A stretch of DNA of 64,000 nt from Alistipes ihumii (lineage in GTDB: Bacteria > Bacteroidota > Bacteroidia > Bacteroidales > Bacteroidaceae): assembly GCA_963626085.1 (NCBI GenBank), contig CAVFVJ010000033.1, positions 32,006 through 96,005 of the forward strand, read 5' to 3'. Below the pieces are notes generated by a model. The model did not search any database and was not told the DNA's origin. It saw only the letters and a program-made list of their open reading frames with translations. Shown here in pieces: positions 1-8,643 of this stretch (position 1 is its first letter; each line of letters begins with the position of its first letter). Position numbers and translations under genes: made by a program.

Positions 1-1076
1 TCACACACATACCCCGTCTTGCCGTAGACCTCACGTATAGTATCGGCTATCTGTTCGTCTGAATATGTAGTCCCACTTATATCAGCCCTTATTGCCTCAT
101 AGTCCTTACCGTAGAGGTCATATATGCGTGCGAAGTTGCTCGGGTCGCCCACATCCATGGCATTGGCTATTGTCTGTACTGATGGGCGCGGACTGTACAC
201 GCCTGTCCTCAGATAGTCATAGAACACACTGTTGGCGTTGTTGGCTGCTATGAAATGCTTAACTGGCAGTCCCATCCTCTTGGCAAACAGTCCGGCACAT
301 ATATTGCCGAAATTGCCCGAAGGGACACAGAAGACGAGGTTTCCGTCCAGTCCCCTCCGCTTCATCTGCGCATAAGCATGAAAGTAATAGAATGCCTGAG
401 GAAGGAAACGCGCCACGTTGATGCTGTTGGCAGAAGTGAGTTTAAGGGTCTTGTTGAGTTCACTGTCCATGAAAGCCGACTTCACCAGAGCCTGACAGTC
501 GTCGAAGACACCGTCCACCTCAATTGCCGTTATGTTCCTGCCGAGGGTGGTGAACTGACATTCCTGAATAGGACTCACCTTACCCTTTGGATAAAGCACA
601 TACACATGGATACCGTCAACTCCAAGGAAACCGTTCGCCACGGCGCTGCCAGTATCACCGGATGTGGCTACCAGTACATTAACCTCCTTGTCGCTTGTGC
701 CCTCCTTCCTAAGGAAGTACTGCAGAAGACGCGCCATAAACCGCGCACCGACATCCTTGAACGCCAGTGTAGGTCCGTGGAACAATTCCAGCGAATATAT
801 GGAGTCCGTCACCTTCACCACTGGGCAGTCGAACGAAAGGGTGTCGTTAACGATGCCTCGCAGTGAGTCCGCATCCACATCCTCACCGAAGAAGGCATCA
901 GCCACGGTATAGGCTATCTCCTGAAACGACTTGTCCTGAATACTGTCGAAAAAGGTATGGGGAAGAGCCTTTATCGTCTTTGGCATGTACAGTCCCTTGT
1001 CCTCGGCAAGTCCTTTGACCACAGCCTTCTCTAAATCCGCCATTGGGGCGTGTCCGTTAGTGCTATAAAACTTCAT
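1..1076 (-). CDS. thrC: threonine synthase, partial (3' end runs off the window start)
   Basis: Manual minus-strand translation from the ATG at 1076 gives MKFYSTNGHAPMADLEKAVVKGLAEDKGLYMPKTIKALP, a typical ThrC N-terminus. The frame is still open at position 1 (...ANAMDVGDPSNFARIYDLYG...). It is missing from the ORF track because no stop lies inside the window. Confidence 0.9.
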   Translation of the reverse strand, partial: MKFYSTNGHAPMADLEKAVVKGLAEDKGLYMPKTIKALPHTFFDSIQDKSFQEIAYTVADAFFGEDVDADSLRGIVNDTLSFDCPVVKVTDSIYSLELFHGPTLAFKDVGARFMARLLQYFLRKEGTSDKEVNVLVATSGDTGSAVANGFLGVDGIHVYVLYPKGKVSPIQECQFTTLGRNITAIEVDGVFDDCQALVKSAFMDSELNKTLKLTSANSINVARFLPQAFYYFHAYAQMKRRGLDGNLVFCVPSGNFGNICAGLFAKRMGLPVKHFIAANNANSVFYDYLRTGVYSPRPSVQTIANAMDVGDPSNFARIYDLYGKDYEAIRADISGTTYSDEQIADTIREVYGKTGYVC

Positions 1077-2284
1077 ATACTCATAAACGCTTTAATGAAT
1101 TCATCTTTCTGTAATTGTCCGAACTGCCCGTCCTTGCAAGCAATCTCGTCGAAAGTCTCCACACTGTCGGGCTGGATTCCCGGAGCATAGATAAGGAACG
1201 GCACAGGCTCATTGGTGTGCGTGCGGTGGCGCACAGGGGTGGGATGGTCGGGCAGAACAGCGATGCACACCGGCTCTGTCCAGTCCTTCACCGCCTCATA
1301 TATAGGACCCACAGCCCGACTGTCGAGATTCTCTATAGTCTGCAGTTTCAGTTTCATGTTTCCGTCGTGACCGGCTTCGTCACTTGCCTCTATATGCAGG
1401 TAGACAAAATCGTCTGTTTTAAGCGCATCGATAGCAGCCTGAGCCTTCCCTTCGTAATTGGTGTCGTACAGTCCTGTAGCTCCCGGCACATTGATAACTC
1501 TCAAGCCAGCAAGCGACCCAATGCCTCGTATCAGATCCACCGCTGTAATGACCACTCCACTGTGTATTTGGGGAAAAGTGGTGGTCAACGGTATCATGTG
1601 AGGGCGGTAGCCTCCAGCCCACGGCCAAATGGAGTTGGCAGGGTCTTTCCCTTCCTTCATCCTCTGCAAGTTCAGCGGATGGATTGCCAACAGTTCCTGC
1701 GACTTGACAATCAAGTCATTCAAAAGCTTTGCAGTATCTTCTGCCTCGGGAGTCTCTGCCTTCACAAGCAATGGTTGCCAAGGCAGTCCTGGCACGTCAT
1801 GAGGCGGTACGCACTTCACATGCTTGTCACCGCCCTTGATGACCAGTAGGTGACGGTACTGCACCCCTGTGTAGAAATGCACTCGGTCGTTCCCCAAATG
1901 TTCCTGAAGGTATTTCATCAGTACATCGCCCTCCTCCGTCTCCAATCGTCCGCAAGAGTGGTTCTTTATCTTGTCACCATCGATGCATATCAGATTGCAG
2001 CGTATAGCCATATCGTCGGGTGCGAGTTCCACACCTATGCTGGCAGCCTCCAAAGGTCCGCGCCCTTCATACACCTCATTTTGGTCGTAGCCCAATATAC
2101 TACTGTTCGCCACCTCACTACCGGGATGGAAACCATCGGGAACAGTCTTGAGCATGCCTGTCTGGCCTTTCCTCGCAAGCATATCCATATATGGAGTGTT
2201 GGCATACTGCAGAAGTGTCTTGCCGTCAAGACTCTCCTCCTGCCAGTCCGCCATCCCGTCTCCTAATATAATAATGTGTTTCAT
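1073..2284 (-). CDS. cofactor-independent phosphoglycerate mutase-like metalloenzyme (archaeal apgM-type family), embedded in the thr operon
   Basis: 403-aa ORF starting MKHIIILGDGMADWQ, with an alkaline-phosphatase-superfamily style C-terminus (HIEASDEAGHDGN, LPDHPTP). Its TGA stop overlaps the thrC ATG (ATGA at 1073-1076). Confidence 0.85.
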   Translation of the reverse strand: MKHIIILGDGMADWQEESLDGKTLLQYANTPYMDMLARKGQTGMLKTVPDGFHPGSEVANSSILGYDQNEVYEGRGPLEAASIGVELAPDDMAIRCNLICIDGDKIKNHSCGRLETEEGDVLMKYLQEHLGNDRVHFYTGVQYRHLLVIKGGDKHVKCVPPHDVPGLPWQPLLVKAETPEAEDTAKLLNDLIVKSQELLAIHPLNLQRMKEGKDPANSIWPWAGGYRPHMIPLTTTFPQIHSGVVITAVDLIRGIGSLAGLRVINVPGATGLYDTNYEGKAQAAIDALKTDDFVYLHIEASDEAGHDGNMKLKLQTIENLDSRAVGPIYEAVKDWTEPVCIAVLPDHPTPVRHRTHTNEPVPFLIYAPGIQPDSVETFDEIACKDGQFGQLQKDEFIKAFMSI

Positions 2285-2327
2285 TGTGTCCTTAACGTTT
2301 GTGTCCTACAGTCTTTACGTCACGCCA

Positions 2328-4757
2328 TCAGATATTGGCGATGCTCATGATGTCAGCAAACACACCGGCAGCGGTCACGCTGGCACCTGCTCCATAGCCC
2401 TGAATCAGCATCGGATAGTCCAGATAGCGTTCGGTAGTAAGCATGATAATGTTATTTGATCCCTCTAGGTGATAGAACGGATGTCCAGGTGACACCGCTT
2501 CAAGCGAAACGCTCGCCTTACCATTCTCCAGTTTTGCCACAAAACGCCAGTGCTTGTTTTCATTCGCCAGTTCCTTGCGCCTTGTCTCGAAATCAGCGTC
2601 AAGTTCAGGTAATTTCTGCCAGAAACTCTCCAGCGAGCCTATAAAGTACTCGTCAGGCACGAACAGATGGCGTTCCACATCCTCTTGATTAATCTTGTAC
2701 CCAGCTTCACGCGAAAGGATCACCAACTTGCGGATTACATCCTTACCGCTCAAATCGACACGAGGGTCAGGTTCTGAATAGCCCTCCTCCTTCGAACGAC
2801 GGACAGCCTCACTGAACGGCACATCCGCACTTATAGTATTGAAAATATAGTTGAGAGTGCCGCTGAGTATAGCCTCAATCTTCAGAATCTTATCACCACT
2901 GTTTGTCAGGTCATTGATAGTATTTATTACCGGGAGTCCGGCTCCCACGTTGGTTTCGAACAGGAACTTGACATTACGTTTGCGGGCTGTCCGCTTGAGC
3001 TGCACGTAGTTGTCGTAGTCGGACGAAGCCGCTATCTTGTTAGCAGCCACCACGGAGATGCTGTGATCGAAGAAATCGTTGTAGAGTGCAGCCACCTCTT
3101 GACTGGCAGTGCAGTCCACGAACACAGAGTTGAAGATGTTCATCCCTATCACCTCGTTCTTCAGGCGTGTGATGTCACTGTCCTCACCCTTCTCAAGTAT
3201 CTCCCTGTAATTGTCGAGATCGATGCCTTCACGACTGAACACAGCCTTCTTGCTACTTGCTATCCCAACCACATTTAACAGCAAGTTACGTTCCTTTTTC
3301 AGTTTGTCTCGCTGGTGTGCAATTTGCTGCAGCAGACTGCCACCAACCGTTCCTACGCCACATATAAAGAGGTTCAACACTTGATACTCTGAAAGGAAGA
3401 AACTGTCATGGATAACGTTCAGTGACTTGCGTAACAGACGACTCTCAACAACGAAAGAGATGTTTGTCTCCGACGCGCCTTGAGCACATGCTATGACACT
3501 GATGCCATTACGCCCCAGTGTACCGAACAATTTGCCAGCGATACCCGGAGTGTGCTTCATGTTTTCGCCAACTACTGCCACGGTAGCCAAATTGTTCTCT
3601 ACTGTCATCGGGAACATAGCTCCCATCTCGATTTCCTTAGCAAACTCTGCATCAAGCACATCACAAGCTAGTTTAGCGTCTTCGTTGCGCACGCCTATGG
3701 AGGTACTGCTCTCGGAAGAAGCCTGACTCACGAGGAACACACTTATCTGATTGTCTGCAAGAGCTGTGAATATTCGGCGGTTGACTCCTATCACACCTAC
3801 CATAGAGAGTCCCGACACTGTTATGAGGCTCATATTGTTGATTGAGCTAATTCCCTTGATAGCACGCTGTGTGTCGTGCGTCCCTTGCTCAATGACCGTA
3901 CCCACAGCCTGTGGATGGAAGGTATTCTTGATGTATATAGGGATATTCTTGATGCACACAGGATAGATGGTAGGTGGATAAACGACCTTCGCGCCAAAAT
4001 TGCACAGCTCCATCGCCTCCACATAACTCAAACTGTCGATGGTGTATGCCGTGTTTATCACGCGTGGGTCAGCTGTCATGAATCCGTCAACATCTGTCCA
4101 TATCTCAAGTGCCTCCGCATCAAGTGTAGCTGCGATGATACTTGCCGTATAGTCGCTACCACCCCTACCAAGGTTGGTAATCTCTCCTGTATGCACGTCT
4201 CTGGATATGAATCCTCCAGCTACAGCTACCTTGAACGGAGCAGCAAACGTCTCCTTCACGAGTTTGTCTGTAGCTTCATCCGAAAGGAAGTTACGGTTCT
4301 GTTTCTTCTCCGTCTTGATAAAAGAAAGCGAGTCGTACAATTCAGCATCTTTAATCAATGCCGCACATATCCTTGACGACATCCTCTCACCATAGCTCAC
4401 GATAGCGTTGGAAGTCTTTTCCGACAGGTCGTGGATGAGAAACACACCCTGATAGATACTCTTCAGTTCCTCCAGCAGTCCGTCTATCTCCTTCAGCAGC
4501 TCCTTCTTCCGTTCTTCATCGGCAATGACCTTCTCTATCATGTCGTGGTGTCTCAACACCATTTCGTAGTAAGCATCGAGATACTTGGCATCGCCAGCCT
4601 GAGCAAGCTTTGACGTGCCTATCAACTTGTCGGTCAGCCCACCTAGGGCAGAGACAACAACAACGACAGGCCCGGACTGAGCCTCAACGATTTTCTTTAC
4701 ATTAAGAATACTTTCCACGGAACCTACGGATGTCCCGCCAAACTTCAATACTTTCAT
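2328..4757 (-). CDS. thrA: bifunctional aspartokinase / homoserine dehydrogenase
   Basis: 809-aa ORF. The N-terminus MKVLKFGGTSVG is the aspartokinase signature. ACT-like middle region and C-terminal homoserine dehydrogenase with a GVGTVGG Rossmann motif. Confidence 0.95.
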   Translation of the reverse strand: MKVLKFGGTSVGSVESILNVKKIVEAQSGPVVVVVSALGGLTDKLIGTSKLAQAGDAKYLDAYYEMVLRHHDMIEKVIADEERKKELLKEIDGLLEELKSIYQGVFLIHDLSEKTSNAIVSYGERMSSRICAALIKDAELYDSLSFIKTEKKQNRNFLSDEATDKLVKETFAAPFKVAVAGGFISRDVHTGEITNLGRGGSDYTASIIAATLDAEALEIWTDVDGFMTADPRVINTAYTIDSLSYVEAMELCNFGAKVVYPPTIYPVCIKNIPIYIKNTFHPQAVGTVIEQGTHDTQRAIKGISSINNMSLITVSGLSMVGVIGVNRRIFTALADNQISVFLVSQASSESSTSIGVRNEDAKLACDVLDAEFAKEIEMGAMFPMTVENNLATVAVVGENMKHTPGIAGKLFGTLGRNGISVIACAQGASETNISFVVESRLLRKSLNVIHDSFFLSEYQVLNLFICGVGTVGGSLLQQIAHQRDKLKKERNLLLNVVGIASSKKAVFSREGIDLDNYREILEKGEDSDITRLKNEVIGMNIFNSVFVDCTASQEVAALYNDFFDHSISVVAANKIAASSDYDNYVQLKRTARKRNVKFLFETNVGAGLPVINTINDLTNSGDKILKIEAILSGTLNYIFNTISADVPFSEAVRRSKEEGYSEPDPRVDLSGKDVIRKLVILSREAGYKINQEDVERHLFVPDEYFIGSLESFWQKLPELDADFETRRKELANENKHWRFVAKLENGKASVSLEAVSPGHPFYHLEGSNNIIMLTTERYLDYPMLIQGYGAGASVTAAGVFADIMSIANI

Positions 4758-4801
4758 CGTTTAGGATTCTTCGTTTACTTTAATCAAAAAAAATTCGGCT
4801 A

Positions 4802-4809
4802 CAAAAGTA
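4802..4809 (-). promoter_or_regulatory. Bacteroidetes-type -7 promoter box (TACTTTTG) for the thr operon
   Basis: The reverse complement of 4802-4809 is TACTTTTG, matching TAnnTTTG, 45 nt upstream of the thrA ATG. Confidence 0.4.
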
Positions 4810-4836
4810 CGGCTTTTTGGGCACAACACCAAAGGA

Positions 4837-4864
4837 GCAGATACTTTTCACTCACTTTATCTGC
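4837..4864 (-). terminator. weak hairpin downstream of priA
   Basis: GCAGATA / TATCTGC 7-bp stem with a 14-nt loop, 44 nt after the priA stop. There is no strong U tract. Confidence 0.25.
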
Positions 4865-4907
4865 AAATCCATTACGATTGAGGGTAAAATGTTGGCACTG
4901 TGTGGCA

Positions 4908-7154
4908 TCACACCGGATCCACATCGTAGCATATCTGCAGTCCGCTGGCACTCGGCTGTGCCATAATCTGCGACTGTACCGCAACTAGGATATCCCTCAC
5001 CTTGGATACGGGCGAACGCTTCTCGAGCTTTACCATAATCTTGCGGATATGAAGCGACTGAACCTTAGACACTGGGGGACGATCGGGACCGAGCACCCTG
5101 TCCCCGAACGACTGCCTGAGCAGTCGAGCCATGTCTGCAGCAAGCATCTCCACCCGTGCCGCATCACGGTGTCTCAGATACACGTTTATCAGACGGTAGT
5201 ATGGAGGATAATGAAACAGTTCTCGTTCCTCCATCTGCATGTTGTACATCGACTCGTAGTCGTTCGCCACCACGAAAGCGATTGTCTCGGAGTCGATGGA
5301 ACGAGTCTGCAGTATCACCTTACCCTTACGGTGCTTTCGTCCTGCTCTGCCTGCCACCTGCGCCAGCACATGGAACGCCCGTTCGTGACTGCGGAAGTCG
5401 GGTATGTTGAGCATGGTGTCTGCATCCAGTATACCCACGACACTCACATTGTCGAAATCAAGTCCTTTGGTTATCATCTGCGTGCCGATGAGGACATCAT
5501 ACTTATGTTGTGAAAAGTCCTGTATGATACGCTCATAGGCAACCCTCGTATGCGCTGTGTCTATATCCATTCTCACTATCCGCGCTGAGGGGAAGTACTT
5601 ACGGGTCACAGCCTCAATCTTTTCTGTTCCGATACCAATATCCATGAAGTCCGCCTCTCCGCAATTAGGGCAACTGGTGGGCATGTCGTACACCTTGCCA
5701 CAGTAATGGCACACAAGTTGGTTGTGTCCCTTATGGTAGGTCAGGCTCACGTCACAATGGTCGCACCGCGGTACCCAGCCGCAGTTCTTGCATTGTATGA
5801 AGTTGGAGTAGCCACGACGATTCTGGAACAGTATCACCTGTTCTCCGTTGGCAAGTGACTCACCGATGGAATCAAGCAAGAGGGCAGAGAACGGTCCTTT
5901 CATACGTTTTTGGAAACGCAGACGCTTGATGTCAACAAGTTCTATGTCGGGCAGTTGCATATCCATGAAGCGTTTCGACAGGTACACATAACCGAACTTA
6001 CCAGACTTTGCCATATTGTATGTTTCAAGGCTTGGGGTGGCTGTTCCCAGCAGTGTCTTGGCCTTGAACTGTCTGGCAAGCACTATGGCACAGCTCCGGG
6101 CATGATAGCGCGGTGCCGGTTCCTGTTGCTTGTAGGATGTTTCATGCTCCTCATCCACTATCACCAGTCCGAGATTGATGAAAGGAAGGAAGACAGCAGA
6201 CCGCACGCCCAGTATCAGCTGGAATGGTTCAGAGGAGAGTTGTTTTTGGTAGACCTCAACCCTTTCCGCATCGGAGAACTTGGAATGGTAGACTCCCATG
6301 CTGTTTCCGAACACACGCCGGAGACGTTCCGTGATTTGAGTCGTCAGTGCAATCTCTGGTAGGAGGTAGAGCACCTGCTTTCCTTCGCCTATAGCCCTTT
6401 CAATCTCATGTATGTATATCTCAGTCTTGCCGCTCGATGTCACTCCATGTAACAGCACCACATTCTTGTCCGCAAACTGTCTGTCAATTTCATCCAACGC
6501 CTGTTGCTGGTTCTCGTTCAACGGATTCAACGGCTGCCGCTCATATCCACCGCAATCCAACCGTCGTACTTCCTGTTCGTACTGCACGAGCAGCCGCTTG
6601 TCCACAAGTCCCTTAAGTGCTGCAGCTGTAGAAGAGCACATGTGCAACAGTTCCGACTTGCCCACAGGCTTAGGCTCAGCGAGTCTGCCGTAGCCCGACA
6701 TCTCGATGTATGTCTCGAACAGTATCTGCTGTTTCTTTGTCTTCTTAAGGAAATTGAGTATGATGTCAAACTTCGAAGGGTCGACCGAATCCGCCAGCCG
6801 CACCAGTGTCTCCGTCCTGGGACGGAACCCGTTGTCCTTCAAACCAGCAGGTAGCGCAGCGTTGTACACGTCACCCAACGGACAGATGTAGTACTTGGCA
6901 ATCCACTCCCACAGTTCGAGTTGTTTCGGAAGTACTACAGGCACTTGGTCAATCAGACGAGACAGCGGTTTCATCGTATAGCCGATAGGACGGTCATCAT
7001 GCAGTCTGCGCACTATCCCCACATAGGTCTTGCGTTGACCGAACGGCACGAGTACACGACAGCCAACACGGACACTCTCCCCGATTTCATCGGGAACACT
7101 ATAGGTATAGCTGTCCTGCAAGGGCAGCGGCAATATGACATCTGCGTATTTCAC
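4908..7154 (-). CDS. priA: primosomal replication restart helicase PriA
   Basis: 748-aa ORF with Walker A GVTSSGKTE, DEEH box, a Cys-rich zinc insert (CKNCGWVPRCDHCDVSLTYH...CHYCG...CPNCG) and helicase C motifs. The only possible start is GTG at 7154, because an in-frame TAA lies four codons upstream. Confidence 0.93.
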   Translation of the reverse strand: MKYADVILPLPLQDSYTYSVPDEIGESVRVGCRVLVPFGQRKTYVGIVRRLHDDRPIGYTMKPLSRLIDQVPVVLPKQLELWEWIAKYYICPLGDVYNAALPAGLKDNGFRPRTETLVRLADSVDPSKFDIILNFLKKTKKQQILFETYIEMSGYGRLAEPKPVGKSELLHMCSSTAAALKGLVDKRLLVQYEQEVRRLDCGGYERQPLNPLNENQQQALDEIDRQFADKNVVLLHGVTSSGKTEIYIHEIERAIGEGKQVLYLLPEIALTTQITERLRRVFGNSMGVYHSKFSDAERVEVYQKQLSSEPFQLILGVRSAVFLPFINLGLVIVDEEHETSYKQQEPAPRYHARSCAIVLARQFKAKTLLGTATPSLETYNMAKSGKFGYVYLSKRFMDMQLPDIELVDIKRLRFQKRMKGPFSALLLDSIGESLANGEQVILFQNRRGYSNFIQCKNCGWVPRCDHCDVSLTYHKGHNQLVCHYCGKVYDMPTSCPNCGEADFMDIGIGTEKIEAVTRKYFPSARIVRMDIDTAHTRVAYERIIQDFSQHKYDVLIGTQMITKGLDFDNVSVVGILDADTMLNIPDFRSHERAFHVLAQVAGRAGRKHRKGKVILQTRSIDSETIAFVVANDYESMYNMQMEERELFHYPPYYRLINVYLRHRDAARVEMLAADMARLLRQSFGDRVLGPDRPPVSKVQSLHIRKIMVKLEKRSPVSKVRDILVAVQSQIMAQPSASGLQICYDVDPV

Positions 7155-7158
7155 GTTG

Positions 7159-7166
7159 CAAAGTTA
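7159..7166 (-). promoter_or_regulatory. TAnnTTTG-like box (TAACTTTG) directly abutting the priA start
   Basis: The reverse complement of 7159-7166 is TAACTTTG. Only 4 nt separate it from the GTG start codon. Confidence 0.3.
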
Positions 7167-7215
7167 ATAAAATACTCGAGACGAACGATATCTAGTTAAT
7201 AGCTTTTTGAACGAA

Positions 7216-7256
7216 CGTGCCTCCGCCAGTTATGTGACGGAGGCACGTATTTTTTA
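7216..7256. terminator. GC-rich hairpin between the OMP gene and priA
   Basis: CGTGCCTCCG (7216-7225) pairs with CGGAGGCACG (7238-7247), a 10-bp stem. The T run (TATTTTTTA) lies on the plus-strand side, although the flanking genes are on the minus strand. Confidence 0.45.
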
Positions 7257-7270
7257 TAGTGACTAAGCGT

Positions 7271-7891
7271 TTAGAACAGATAAGTTAGGGATATCTGATG
7301 AGTGTTATTCTTCAACTTGCCTTTCACGATATCCTGACCTAAGGCAGACACTTTTAGGTCTGCAGTCTCACCCACTGCAATATTGTAATTGTAACCGAGT
7401 CGAATGTGACTGCGAACAGTTACACCAGCACCCACATTCCATGAAAACTCAGACTTTTTCAGTTCCCAGTCACCGTTCAAGTCTGAGAGAGCCCAACTTC
7501 TGTCACCCACGTTGAAGGCGAACTGGGGACCGGTAGCCACGTAAACACTTGCCAAACTACTGAATCCGAGCGTATACTTCACATTTATTGGAATGTCAAT
7601 GTAATGCAGGGTTTTGTTCACCTCCTTGTCCTGTACTGATGCGCCTGCTACCTTGTTGTCATAAATCAGTGAGATGTCAGCCCCAAGACCCACTATAGGA
7701 AGAGTGACATCTGCTGTGATGCCAGCAAAGAAACCAGTGCGGTTCTCTCCGTCAAGGTTAGATTCAACATCATTCAAACTGACCTTATTCACATTCAAAC
7801 CAGCCTTAACACCAAACTGTATCTGGGCTTGTGCAGGTACAGCGATAACGAACGCCGCAACAACTGCGATGATACTGATTGCTTTTTTCAT
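7271..7891 (-). CDS. small outer-membrane beta-barrel protein (OmpA-like/porin-family barrel)
   Basis: An internal ATG gives MKKAISIIAVVAAFVIAVPAQAQ, a signal peptide. The rest shows alternating beta-strand patterning and a C-terminal ...SLTYLF aromatic terminus. The longer tracked ORF (to 8029) has a non-signal-like N-terminus. Confidence 0.8.
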   Translation of the reverse strand: MKKAISIIAVVAAFVIAVPAQAQIQFGVKAGLNVNKVSLNDVESNLDGENRTGFFAGITADVTLPIVGLGADISLIYDNKVAGASVQDKEVNKTLHYIDIPINVKYTLGFSSLASVYVATGPQFAFNVGDRSWALSDLNGDWELKKSEFSWNVGAGVTVRSHIRLGYNYNIAVGETADLKVSALGQDIVKGKLKNNTHQISLTYLF

Positions 7892-8099
7892 AATCATTCT
7901 ATCAATTAATTGTTTTTGTGACGGCAAAGGTAGAACAATTTTACAGCACCACAAAATTATACCCAATTTATTTTGTGACCAAGTGCAAAGCAGACATTCA
8001 AGTCCACCAAATACCCCACCAAGTACCATAATATAAAAGCGTTGATAATCAGCTTAGAGGAAAAACGAAGAAGAAGACCACGAAAAAGTTTGAAAATAA

Positions 8100-8131
8100 A
8101 TGTGGTGGAATGTGGTGGAATGTGGAGAAAA
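8100..8131 (+). promoter_or_regulatory. putative MraZ operator: three 10-bp-phased GTGG direct repeats
   Basis: GTGGTGGAAT, GTGGTGGAAT and GTGGAGAAAA in tandem, immediately upstream of the -7 box of the dcw operon. Confidence 0.6.
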
Positions 8132-8136
8132 ATCCC

Positions 8137-8144
8137 TACTTTTG
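8137..8144 (+). promoter_or_regulatory. -7 promoter box (TACTTTTG) of the mraZ/dcw operon
   Basis: Exact TAnnTTTG match 27 nt upstream of the mraZ ATG. Confidence 0.5.
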
Positions 8145-8170
8145 CATTCACAAACGAAAAGTAAGAATTG

Positions 8171-8629
8171 ATGCGGTTCATAGGAGACTACATAGCAAAG
8201 ACTGACACCAAAGGAAGGGTATTCCTGCCGGCACCGTTCAGGAAGGTTCTCGAAGCGGAAGACGAGAAGAGATTCGTCTTGCGCACCGACCTTTTCCAAA
8301 AGTGCTTGGTACTGTATCCAGAGAGCCTTTGGAACAGTATGCTGGACACCCTCGGGCAAAGACTCAACCGATGGAACGGACAGCATCAGCAGATACTCCG
8401 TCAGTTCCTTGCCGATGCCGAGATCATCGAATTGGACGGCAACGGACGTTTTCTGATGAACAAACACAAACTCCAGTATGCTGGCATAACACAAGAAGTG
8501 AGGTTCCTGGCGGTAGACGACCATATCGAGGTATGGGACAAGCAGAGGTGCGAGGATGTCCTCAAAGAGGATGCCGGACTGGGCGAGGATTTGCAGGGCA
8601 TCATGGCGGAACTGTCCGTAAACATCTAA
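8171..8629 (+). CDS. mraZ: transcriptional regulator MraZ
   Basis: MRFIGDYIAKTDTKGRVFLPAPFRKVL and a second ...DGNGRFLM... SpoVT/AbrB-like repeat. ATG at 8171; the tracked ORF begins one codon earlier at a TTG. Confidence 0.93.
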   Translation: MRFIGDYIAKTDTKGRVFLPAPFRKVLEAEDEKRFVLRTDLFQKCLVLYPESLWNSMLDTLGQRLNRWNGQHQQILRQFLADAEIIELDGNGRFLMNKHKLQYAGITQEVRFLAVDDHIEVWDKQRCEDVLKEDAGLGEDLQGIMAELSVNI

Positions 8630-8643
8630 ACGCTCTACCAATC

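Noticed and set aside
255-912. Plus-strand ORFs of 203 aa and 82 aa
   Set aside because: They lie antisense within the clearly recognisable thrC reading frame. They have no motifs and an unremarkable composition, so they are shadow ORFs.
1115-2266. Plus-strand ORFs (244 aa and 138 aa) opposite the iPGM-like gene
   Set aside because: Antisense shadows of a well-supported CDS. No start context or recognisable domains.
4799-4984. 61-aa minus-strand ORF across the priA stop / thrA upstream region as a possible thr leader peptide
   Set aside because: It overlaps the priA 3' end, is not Thr/Ile-rich, and has no attenuator-like alternative hairpins downstream.
8302-8643. N-terminal 114-aa extension of the rsmH ORF, and the 195-aa minus-strand ORF at 8054-8641
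   Set aside because: Both overlap mraZ, whose product is unmistakable. RsmH homology begins at MTTDTVTYHIPVLL (ATG 8644), and the extension is Arg/Gly/Pro-rich out-of-frame read-through.
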